Source: an uncultured Gemmatimonadota bacterium (GTDB lineage Bacteria; Blakebacterota; Blakebacteria; Blakebacterales; Blakebacteraceae). From it: 64,000 nucleotides of DNA. The stretch spans positions 1-64,000 of the forward strand of contig CAZNUA010000001.1 in the NCBI GenBank assembly GCA_964576115.1, given 5' to 3'. Numbering within the stretch: the stretch's first letter is position 1; each line of letters starts with the position of its first letter. The notes under the pieces were generated by a model. It saw nothing but the letters and a program-made list of their open reading frames with translations. It searched no databases and was not told the origin of the DNA. Below, one piece after another: positions 20,301-27,873 of the stretch. A program made the translations under genes and the position numbers.

Positions 20301-20408
20301 GTGGAGCGGATCCTCGGCACCTGGACCGGGCGCGGTGACCTGACGCGGGCGGAGGGAACGGCTGTCCTCGACGCAGCCCGCCGGGCCGAGGCCGACCTGC
20401 GGCCCTGA
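17352..20408 (+). CDS. Tat-exported GH127/GH146-like beta-L-arabinofuranosidase with inserted LamG domain
   Basis: DRRSFLK Tat motif; LRGHYAGHFMS, WAPYYTLHKIMAGL, HANQHIP, ETCPLYNLLKL, TCCGGTGMENH; LamG strands FSIAAWIK, WVHLAVT, LYVNG. Confidence 0.9.
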   Translation: MATIDPDPDPIQLDRRSFLKTSGTAAAGAALGPGLGWVAPEQEAFAASPDAAAADAGTGWAVHPFPLAQVRLGEGLFRDKRDLMLGYARNYGGSSDIFAGPDRLLSIFRAAAGLDTRGAEPVGGWESATGYLRGHYAGHFMSMLAQARAGTGEAIFREKLDYMVSALAECQAALARAAEESTPRVPGRFGTALRLTGTPLGQAECVRLPEGIASGLRDFSIAAWIKLGLYSPDDLPDRRRDPIDLVTGSVLFDFGSPNPAYAEPPLAHMYLTVRASRETPVPRFAITTGGREGEQALEGRDPLPVGEWVHLAVTRSGSLGTLYVNGEPVATNPGLTLSPADLGELTANWLGRRQFPQRNVSWLNADLDEFGIWSRALSTEEIRSLLQSPEGKAGGADVARYRFDEPSGPTAIDTSGRGRDAEIIAPTDGRRHPGFLSAYPETPFIRLEEFATYGGNQGIWAPYYTLHKIMAGLLDAHVHTGNEQALEILTGIGDWVWSRLEPLRQEQLDRMWNIYIAGEYGGINESLAALHALCPDRPRYLAAARRFVNTRVYAPTAAGEDVLDGRHANQHIPQFTGYLRIYEQGEGDEFRTAAANFWDMLVPHRTYSHGGVGVGEILRARDVIAGSLFAERNHAETCPLYNLLKLSRNLFFHDPDPKYMNFYERGLFNQIASSRRDAESDSSPEVTYFVPVRPGERRSYGNTGTCCGGTGMENHTKYQDSIYLRSADESALYVNLYIPSTLEWPERGFILTQITRYPAEGAATLIVNGRGPLDLRLRVPTWVRAGYELTINGEAQAIEAVPGTYLSLEREWRSGDRVEIRMPFTFRTERTIDDPTVQSLYYGPNLMAVQGPALGEDLASGLLEFGFYRHVKLDGDLAPALTPTDQPLHFTLNGRTLAPFFIADPVSSTSETTAPETPEGSRRSRRSPPTSPYHLYFRRREPAVVFGSADPGVANPVGSDGLTLLDTIWDSAPFESHARFLATVERILGTWTGRGDLTRAEGTAVLDAARRAEADLRP

Positions 20409-20420
20409 ATCTGCCGCCCG

Positions 20421-20440
20421 GCCACCGGAAGACCGGTGGC
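20421..20440 (+). terminator. Hairpin after GH127-like gene
   Basis: gccaccgg-aaga-ccggtggc followed by ttcggtt. Confidence 0.45.
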
Positions 20441-20598
20441 TTCGGTTCGAACCGCGGTGAAACCGAATCCGGGAACGATCCGTAACAGGGAGACGAACAG
20501 AAACCCGATCCGCGCATCGGGCGACCGGTCGAAGGCCGACTGATATATCTGCCGTGGGGGGTGCGCCATCGACCAATTCCACAAGGAGCTGGTTTGCG

Positions 20599-21660
20599 AT
20601 GGAACACTCCCTTTTTCTTTCCCACCGGTCACCCCGTTCTGTCCACACGGTTCTTTCGACACTCGTCACGGTTCGTTCGACACTCGTGCTGATCGCCGTC
20701 AGTCTAAGTTTCTGTCTCGCCCTGCCGCCTTCACTCACCGCCCAGACAGCGGGTCGGCTCGAGGAGGGGATCACCCACTTCGAAGCCGAGCGCTTTGCCC
20801 GGGCCCAAGCGGTTTTCGAAGCGCTGGTCGAAGCCGACCGGCGCGATGCCGCCGCCGCCTACTGGCTGGGGCGCACCCTTCGACAGGAAGGCGAGTATAA
20901 GGACGCCGTGGATCTGCTCGAGAAGGCGGTCGACCTCGACGAGACAAACGTCGACTACCAGCGCGAACTCTACCTGACCTACGTCGATTTCGCAGAAGAG
21001 GCCGGAGCCCTCCGGGCCGTTTCCCTGGCTAAGAAAATGGTCCGCCTGCTCCATTCGATCGTCGAGCTGGATTCCAATGCGGCCGATGAACGCGAGGAGC
21101 TGGTCGGGTTCTATGTCAATGCTCCGAAGATGTTCGGCGGCGGCGATATCGAACAGGCCCGCCGTCTTGCCGGCGAACTGCAGAATATCGATCAGAAAAG
21201 AGGGCGGCTGGCCTTCATCATGATCCACGAGCATGAAGGGGAGAACGACCAGGTCGAGCGCGAGTACCGGGCTCTGATCGAGGAATACCCCGACGAACTC
21301 GACCCCCCCCGTAATCTCGGCCTGTTCTACCACAACACCGAACGGTATGCCGAGGCGATCGCGACCTTCCGCACCCTGACCGAGCGCTTCCCCGACTACC
21401 TCTACGGCTGGTATCTCGTCGGCCGCACCGCGGCGGTTTCGGGGCTCGAGACCGAACTCGGCATCAGCTGCATGGAGCACTACCTGGCCCACGAACCGCC
21501 CGAGGACGACCCTTCACATGCCGCAGCCCACTGGCGCCTGGGGATGATCTGCGAAAAGAGCGGTAATCTGGATCGGGCCCGGGCCGAGTACGAGGCCTCT
21601 CTCGAGCTCGATCCCGACTACAGCGAAGCCCGGGCCGCCCTGAGGCGGATCAGGCCGTAG
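20599..21660 (+). CDS. Secreted tetratricopeptide repeat protein
   Basis: AAGGAG RBS, signal peptide, TPR units AYWLGRTL, LGLFYHN, AHWRLGMI...LELDPDY. Confidence 0.88.
   Translation: MEHSLFLSHRSPRSVHTVLSTLVTVRSTLVLIAVSLSFCLALPPSLTAQTAGRLEEGITHFEAERFARAQAVFEALVEADRRDAAAAYWLGRTLRQEGEYKDAVDLLEKAVDLDETNVDYQRELYLTYVDFAEEAGALRAVSLAKKMVRLLHSIVELDSNAADEREELVGFYVNAPKMFGGGDIEQARRLAGELQNIDQKRGRLAFIMIHEHEGENDQVEREYRALIEEYPDELDPPRNLGLFYHNTERYAEAIATFRTLTERFPDYLYGWYLVGRTAAVSGLETELGISCMEHYLAHEPPEDDPSHAAAHWRLGMICEKSGNLDRARAEYEASLELDPDYSEARAALRRIRP
20646..20687 (+). repeat. 21-bp tandem duplication inside the TPR signal region
   Basis: cacggttctttcgacactcgt / cacggttcgttcgacactcgt (TVLSTLV/TVRSTLV). Confidence 0.8.
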
Positions 21661-21878
21661 TATTCTGAGCAACACAGTCATCGAAGTTCGCGAACAATCG
21701 GTGGCAGGATTCGGCCGCAGAACAATCCCAGGCCGGATGACGGTCAGGAAGGATCGAGGGCAATATCGAGGGTGTCGGCCGGGGGAGCATACCCGTCCCC
21801 TTCATGGCAGGGTAGATTGGTGATGTCTTCCTCATCGGCTACAGGGTTATGCTCGCTCGCGCCTCAATCAGGTCACCG

Positions 21879-21896
21879 ATGCAAGGTGCATGCCGG
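21879..21896 (-). promoter_or_regulatory. Putative sigma-54 (-24/-12) promoter
   Basis: Minus strand CCGGCATGCACCTTGCAT has exact GG-N10-GC spacing; AT-rich IHF-like CAACAATAACTTG lies upstream at 21934-21946. Confidence 0.55.
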
Positions 21897-22123
21897 AAAT
21901 GAGAGTGATGAGCTGCAACTGTGAAAAATAGCGCAAGTTATTGTTGTACATAATATTAGGGCCAAACAGCCAAAACCCGGACAGAGTCTCGAACACCGCT
22001 CTTTATCTGCGGTACACAGGAGCGCAACACTGTCTGTCACACCGGACGCACACTATCACCGGCTGGAGATGACCGAGGAACCTTGCCGATGACAGACCCC
22101 TGCTCTACTCTGTGACTGAAGCC

Positions 22124-23398
22124 ATGAATGTACCTGTCAGACGACATCTTAGAGCGCTGAGAGTGCGGCCGCTCCTGCCGGTGGCGATTCTCTGCCTTAT
22201 GCTCGCAGCCCCGGTTCCGGGGCAAGCCCAGGAGTGGGGTATCCCTCCCACCGTTCTGCGGCGGGGGGATCTGCCCGACCATGCCCGCCTGCTGGTGCGC
22301 GATCTGAACCGGCCGGTCGAACTCACCCTGGTCGACGGCTCCCGGATCCGGGGAAAACTCACCGCCGTTTCGGCTACCGATCTGACCCTCGTGATGAACA
22401 CCCTGCCCCTGGCCGAGATGCGGAACGGCATCAACTGGAACCGGATCACCGAAGTACGGGTCGACCGGCGGGTTCGACTGCTCGAGGGCCTGCTCGTCGG
22501 CGGTGCGGCCGGAGCGATCGGGGGAATCGTGACCGCCCGTGACTGCGATCCCCGTCGCGAGGTACTGGGAACCGAGGTCGCCGAGCCGGTCTGGGACTCC
22601 TTTCTGACCGGAGCAGCAGCCGGAGCTCTGATGGGCCTGCTGCGCGGGTGGGACTTCACCCTGCCGATCACCCCTCAGGTGACCAACCTGGTCGGGCCGC
22701 TCGACGGATCCTCACCCGGGATCAGGCCGGTGACCCGCCTGGTGACCAGCGTGCCCCTCTGGAGCGGTCTACTCGAGGATGTCGAGGCCTCGCTGGCGGC
22801 GGGGTGGTGGTATACGGCCGAAATGAATACGTTGAGACTCAACCGCCCCTGGCACGGCTATCCCGGAACCAGCCTGGCGCTGGAAACGGTCCTGCCCGGG
22901 AGGGGGAAGTGGTGGTTGCGGGGGCGGATGGAACATTTCGTTCTGCCCCGGCTGACCCTGTCACACTTCTCCTGGAACGATGTCATCGGGCCCACGGCCG
23001 GCCCCTTCGATCTGTGGCGGGAGTACCAGGCCCAGCGTATCTACACCGGCGTTTCGCGTCCCCTGGCCGGACCGGGCCGCCTGCCGGTAGCCGAGGTAGC
23101 CCTGCTGATCGGGGTCGAGCGCACAACCCTGCGCTCGGGCGTGACTTGCGCGAACGCTCCTGCGCTCGACCGCTCCGAGCAGGAGCGTTTCTGGCGGCCG
23201 GTGCTCTACGCGGGAGGAAGTCTCTCGCTCATCCGCCGGCCCGACGTCTCGATCTCGCTGCGGGCCGAGGCGATCGTGGGCAACGGGTTCGAAACAGCCC
23301 GGTTCACGACTCCCTCGGCCGGCGAGGTCCTGCCCGGCTTTCGCATCAGACCGACCGCAATCCACGTCGGCTTCGACATCATCCTGCCGCGGTTCTGA
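22124..23398 (+). CDS. Hypothetical exported protein, probable outer-membrane protein
   Basis: Signal peptide; Sm-like VELTLVDGSRIRGKL; glycine zipper GGAAGAIGG...GAAAGALMG; amphipathic beta-strands ending in Phe. Confidence 0.7.
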   Translation: MNVPVRRHLRALRVRPLLPVAILCLMLAAPVPGQAQEWGIPPTVLRRGDLPDHARLLVRDLNRPVELTLVDGSRIRGKLTAVSATDLTLVMNTLPLAEMRNGINWNRITEVRVDRRVRLLEGLLVGGAAGAIGGIVTARDCDPRREVLGTEVAEPVWDSFLTGAAAGALMGLLRGWDFTLPITPQVTNLVGPLDGSSPGIRPVTRLVTSVPLWSGLLEDVEASLAAGWWYTAEMNTLRLNRPWHGYPGTSLALETVLPGRGKWWLRGRMEHFVLPRLTLSHFSWNDVIGPTAGPFDLWREYQAQRIYTGVSRPLAGPGRLPVAEVALLIGVERTTLRSGVTCANAPALDRSEQERFWRPVLYAGGSLSLIRRPDVSISLRAEAIVGNGFETARFTTPSAGEVLPGFRIRPTAIHVGFDIILPRF

Positions 23399-23434
23399 AC
23401 CTCCTGGGAACCGGCGGAGTCCTTCGACCGGCTT

Positions 23435-25228
23435 CTACCTCTCTCCACCACCCTCGAAATCAGGCCGCCTGGTGTGCCACTCGGTGGCCTGCTCGTACTG
23501 CCAGCCGATGTCGAGAATGGTGGCCTCGTCGTAGAGACGACCGGTAATCATCAAGATCATCGGATCGCCGTCCTCATCGAAGCCGCAGGGTACGGCCAGA
23601 GCCGGGTGACCGGTCAGGTTGGTCATCCCCAGACTGGCGCTGGAGTTGGGGGTGATGAAGGCGTCGTAGCGGCGCATCAGCACCTCGGAGTGCTGCATCA
23701 GCAGCCGCCGGGCCCGCTGGGCGCGGATGAACTCCACCGCCGGGACGAAGCGGGCGGTCCGGAACGAGTTGGGCCAGGCGCCCGAGGACTGACGGGTCAG
23801 TTCGCTCACTCGGCCGCTGCGCACCAGGTCGTCGAAAGCCGCCGAGGCTTCGACCGACAGGACCATGCCGATGGCTCCGATCGGCAGGTCGGGCAGTTCG
23901 ATCGGCTCCAGCTTCGCGCCCAGGCGCCGGAGCACGTCGAGGGCCTCTGCATAGGTGGCCCGCCACTCGTCACTGGCCCGTTCCCGCTCGAACTCGGCCG
24001 GGATGTAACCGAGCCGCATCTCGGAGATCGGGCGCGGATTCTCCCAGCTGAAGGGCGCATCCACGACGGTGGTGTCGCGCCCGTCCGGGCCCCTGATGGC
24101 GTCGAAAACCAGAGCCGCATCCTCGACCCGCCGGCAGAGGGGGCCGAGTTTGTCCATCGACCACGACAGGGACATTGCCCCGTAACGGCTGACCCGCCCG
24201 AAGGTGGGCCGCAGACCCACCACTCCGCAGCGGGCGGCCGGGCTCATGATGCTCCCCCGCGTTTCCGAGCCGATCCCGAAACCCACCAGGCCGGCGGCGG
24301 TGGCCGCGGCCGGTCCGGCCGAGGATCCGCTCGAGCCCTGTTCGGGATTCCAGGGATTGCGGGTTCGCCCGCCGAACCACCAGTCCCCCATGGCCAGGGC
24401 GCCGAGGGTGAGTTTGGCCACCAGGATGGCCCCGGCCTCGTCGAGCCGCCGGACAGCGGTGGCGTCGTAGTTGATAATCTGGTCTTCGTACGGTTTCGCG
24501 CCCCAGGTGGTGCGGTAGCCGCGCACGGCGAGCAGGTCCTTGGCCCCCCAGGGAATACCGTGCAGGGGGCCACGCACTGCCCCGGTCATGAGTTCCTCTT
24601 CAGCCCGCCGGGCCAGGGCCAGGGCCCGTTCGGGGGTCAGGGTAATAACGCAGTGCAGCAGGTCATCATACTCTTCGAGCCGCTCCAGACTGAGCCGGGT
24701 CAGCTCGACCGGACTCACCTGCCGGGTCTGGATCAGGCGGGCCATCTCGGCCACCCCCAGAAAGGCCGCGTCCTCATCGGATTCCGGCTTCGGTACCACG
24801 GCAGGCTGGCGCATCCGGAATCGGCTGGGACCGGTCGGCATCGCGAAGCCGGCCGGACGGGGATCGAAAGTCAGGGCGGGCTCGGTGTCGAGAGGGATAT
24901 CCAGTTCGCGCAGCTGCTCGAAGGTGCGCAGGTTGCGGTTGACTCCCCGCTGGGCCATCTCGTCTTCTTCGACTCCGAAATCAAGACCCATGATGCGTTC
25001 CATGGCATCGAGGTCCTCGAGCGAGACGGCATACTCCTGTTCCTGCCGCTGCAGCAGGCCGGGTGCGGTCGCCACCCCGGCCCCGAACAGAGGCAGCAGG
25101 CCCATGAAGCCGCGCCGGTCGAGTTCGTGGCGCAGGCGAGCCTCGCGCCCGGCCGGGGAGTGTTTCGGTGGCTGAGCTGGCTCTGTCTGCCTATCATCCC
25201 GGGCGCGGGAAGCGGTGTCGTCTTTCAC
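23435..25228 (-). CDS. Amidase signature family protein (Tat-like leader)
   Basis: GPLHGIPWGAKDL, GSSGSSAG, IGSETRGSI, GLRPTFGRVSR; DRRGFMG leader. Confidence 0.93.
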   Translation of the reverse strand: MKDDTASRARDDRQTEPAQPPKHSPAGREARLRHELDRRGFMGLLPLFGAGVATAPGLLQRQEQEYAVSLEDLDAMERIMGLDFGVEEDEMAQRGVNRNLRTFEQLRELDIPLDTEPALTFDPRPAGFAMPTGPSRFRMRQPAVVPKPESDEDAAFLGVAEMARLIQTRQVSPVELTRLSLERLEEYDDLLHCVITLTPERALALARRAEEELMTGAVRGPLHGIPWGAKDLLAVRGYRTTWGAKPYEDQIINYDATAVRRLDEAGAILVAKLTLGALAMGDWWFGGRTRNPWNPEQGSSGSSAGPAAATAAGLVGFGIGSETRGSIMSPAARCGVVGLRPTFGRVSRYGAMSLSWSMDKLGPLCRRVEDAALVFDAIRGPDGRDTTVVDAPFSWENPRPISEMRLGYIPAEFERERASDEWRATYAEALDVLRRLGAKLEPIELPDLPIGAIGMVLSVEASAAFDDLVRSGRVSELTRQSSGAWPNSFRTARFVPAVEFIRAQRARRLLMQHSEVLMRRYDAFITPNSSASLGMTNLTGHPALAVPCGFDEDGDPMILMITGRLYDEATILDIGWQYEQATEWHTRRPDFEGGGER

Positions 25229-25294
25229 AGGGAACCTCCCCTTCTGCGGTAACGGCCGGTTATCTGCGTTCGGCCAGAGGATAGGGCAGATACG

Positions 25295-25762
25295 ATGATC
25301 GATGAAAGAAGAGCCGGGCGGTACGAACGAATATTCACACAGCTACGCGACCTGATCGAGGGTACATCCCCCACCCTGGTGGCGGGCATGGCCACCATCT
25401 GCGCCGTGCTGCACGCCAAACTGCCCCATCACTTCTGGACCGGGTTTTACTTCCTGGTCGATGAGAACACCATGCACGTCGGTCCCTACCAGGGTCCGGT
25501 CGCCTGCCAGGTGCTCGAAGGGGCCGGGGTCTGCCTGCACGGCGCCCGCACCGGGCAGGCCGTTGTGGTGCCCGATGTGGAGGCCTTCCCGGGGCATATC
25601 GCCTGCGATTCACGCTCGAAGAGCGAGATCGTGATCCCGCTGAAAAAGGGTGACCGGGTCGTGGCGGTGCTCGATGTGGATGCCAGGGAACTGGCCCGGT
25701 TCGATGCCGACGACGTCCAGCCACTGACCCGGATCGTGGATCTGCTTCAGCCGCTGCTGTAA
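25295..25762 (+). CDS. msrC: GAF-domain free methionine-R-sulfoxide reductase-like protein
   Basis: WTGFY, GPYQGPVAC, GVC, GHIACDSRSKSEIVIP, VLDVD. Confidence 0.8.
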   Translation: MIDERRAGRYERIFTQLRDLIEGTSPTLVAGMATICAVLHAKLPHHFWTGFYFLVDENTMHVGPYQGPVACQVLEGAGVCLHGARTGQAVVVPDVEAFPGHIACDSRSKSEIVIPLKKGDRVVAVLDVDARELARFDADDVQPLTRIVDLLQPLL

Positions 25763-25836
25763 CCACCCCTCCCCGATCGGATATCGTCGGCCGGATGCCA
25801 GCGCAAACCGCAGCCGGTGGATTACTCCGACAGGCT

Positions 25837-26832
25837 CTAGAGGAGGATCTCCCGGCAGAAGTCGACGCATTGTTTCACTTCGGCGGCGGCGGTGGAATCC
25901 TCCGGAACCCGGTATTCCAGCTCGATGTCCACGTGGATCGGCCAGCCCCGGTTCTGGATGAGTCGGAGGATGTCGGCGATGGGGGTCTCCCCCCGCCCCC
26001 AGGGCATATTGGTATTGGGGGGATCGGAATCGGGACCGGTCTTGTCCTTGAGGTGAACGCTCACCATCCGGTCGTGGTACCGCTCGATCGTCTCGTTGGG
26101 ATGCCGCCCGGTAAACCCGAAGGCGTGGCCGGCATCGAAGTTGAGCCTCAGGTTCGAACCGTGGGAGAGAGGCGGGTCGAAGGAGAAATCCGGTTCGGCC
26201 ACCTGGCCGTGCTGATGGAAGATGGCATAGAGGCCGTGTTTGTCGGCATAGGGCGCCATGACCCGGCCCGCCTCCTCGGAGATCTCCATGCTTATCCCCT
26301 TTGCACCCAGCGCCCGGGCCACGATGAAGGCATAGTCGATCTCGTCCTCCGGCCAGGTGTGGCTGCCCAGTTTGGCGATGTGGATATCCACTCCTTCAGC
26401 GTTGTACATCCGGCGCAGGGCTTCGAATCTCTCCATCGGCGGTGAGAGGCGCCACCGGTGCTGTTCTTCGGCCGCACGTTGGCGCTCCTGCTGGTATTCG
26501 GCGCGCTGCTCATCGGTCATCTCAGCCCCCCGCCGCGGCCGGGGCGGACCTTCCGGAATCCCCGCGTACTGCTCGATGGTATTCCCCATCAATTCGACCG
26601 AACCGAGTCCCGCCTCCAGGAGGTAGCCGAGAATATCCTCCGCCGAACTGGACATGCTGCGATAACTGTAGGAGATGGTGCCGATCTGCACGCCGTTGAA
26701 ACGACTCCGGTTGGCCTGGGTGCAGCCCGGCACCAGGGCCATGCCGGCTGCGGCCGAGGCGGTCGTGCCGATGAAGCGACGCCGTGTGATCGCCCCCGGG
26801 GTCTTTTGTCTGCTCGTAGGTCTGCTCCTCAT
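25837..26832 (-). CDS. Tat-exported sugar phosphate isomerase/epimerase (xylose-isomerase-like TIM barrel)
   Basis: TRRRFIG Tat motif; GVQIGTISYSYR, NFDAGH, HLKDK, PWGRGETPI, DIELEY. Confidence 0.88.
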   Translation of the reverse strand: MRSRPTSRQKTPGAITRRRFIGTTASAAAGMALVPGCTQANRSRFNGVQIGTISYSYRSMSSSAEDILGYLLEAGLGSVELMGNTIEQYAGIPEGPPRPRRGAEMTDEQRAEYQQERQRAAEEQHRWRLSPPMERFEALRRMYNAEGVDIHIAKLGSHTWPEDEIDYAFIVARALGAKGISMEISEEAGRVMAPYADKHGLYAIFHQHGQVAEPDFSFDPPLSHGSNLRLNFDAGHAFGFTGRHPNETIERYHDRMVSVHLKDKTGPDSDPPNTNMPWGRGETPIADILRLIQNRGWPIHVDIELEYRVPEDSTAAAEVKQCVDFCREILL

Positions 26833-26956
26833 CGTATTCCCTCCAGAACCTGTCCCGACCTGCACGCTGCAGCCGTATTGTACAAGCCTCCACCTGACTC
26901 GATCCTATCGCAGATCTCCGGGAAGAGAAAGTCACTGCAGGAGAACAGGCTCCGCT

Positions 26957-27634
26957 TCAGGTTTCGCCTCCCGGCAGACCGGAACCGGTATCCCCATTCG
27001 ATTCCTCAACCGCTGTCGATTTCTCATCCCTGACCGGGGGCCAGACCACGGCCGCCGTCTCTTCCGGTCCGGCCTGCAGGGCACGGAACTGCCTCGTGAG
27101 CACGTAGGCTCCGAAGACGATCATGACGACCATCAGAAAGCGGCCGATGTCGTAACTGATCCCGGCGATCAGCTGATCGTGCTCGAGCCAGCCCAGGCGA
27201 CCCAGGATGTTGTTCCAGTCGTGGTAGCCGGGCAGGTCGCGGCCGGTGATCCCGCCGAGCAGGATCAGCCGCTGGGCCCGGGCGTCGGCGATGTAGGGGG
27301 CGATGTCCATGAAGTTCTGGGCAAGCCACCAGAGGGTGATCGAGGCGGCGTAGAGGTTGCGGTACTGCAGCCCGAAGGCGAGCACGAAGGCCAGCGGAGC
27401 CAGAATCTGCATCAGAGAGCCGCCGAGCACGCGGAGAAATGAGCCGAAGGGCGCGAAGATAATGTGTCCCGCCTCATGGATCGGCAGGTTGACATTGTGC
27501 ATGAAGGAGTTGAGCACCACCGGAGCGTTGGGATGCCCGGCGATGAAACGGATGCCCCAGACGGTCAGGAAGAGGTAGAGTCCGACCCGGCCCAGGACAT
27601 AGATCTTCTCGAGTTCTTTACCGGTCGCCATCAT
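26957..27634 (-). CDS. Membrane protein with HExxH motif (M50-like)
   Basis: NLPIHEAGHIIF, LGGSLMQ, YIADARA, HDWNNIL; several TM helices. Start uncertain. Confidence 0.7.
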   Translation of the reverse strand: MMATGKELEKIYVLGRVGLYLFLTVWGIRFIAGHPNAPVVLNSFMHNVNLPIHEAGHIIFAPFGSFLRVLGGSLMQILAPLAFVLAFGLQYRNLYAASITLWWLAQNFMDIAPYIADARAQRLILLGGITGRDLPGYHDWNNILGRLGWLEHDQLIAGISYDIGRFLMVVMIVFGAYVLTRQFRALQAGPEETAAVVWPPVRDEKSTAVEESNGDTGSGLPGGET

Positions 27635-27873
27635 CCCTCCCGGGAGCCAGCGATTCCTCCCCAGCCCGGCACCGGACAGAATGGATGTTCTTTCTGACAC
27701 TACTGCGGTCACGACCACTATCGTGAGAATCACAATAGTCGGAAACTCACGATACATTGGTACCGTATCAGATTCAAACGACACTCTCTGCCGCTGTGGG
27801 GGGGCCCGGTGATCTGTTACGCAACCTGACACTCGAGGCCCGGCAGGTTGAAGAGAAAGGACGGCTCGGCACC

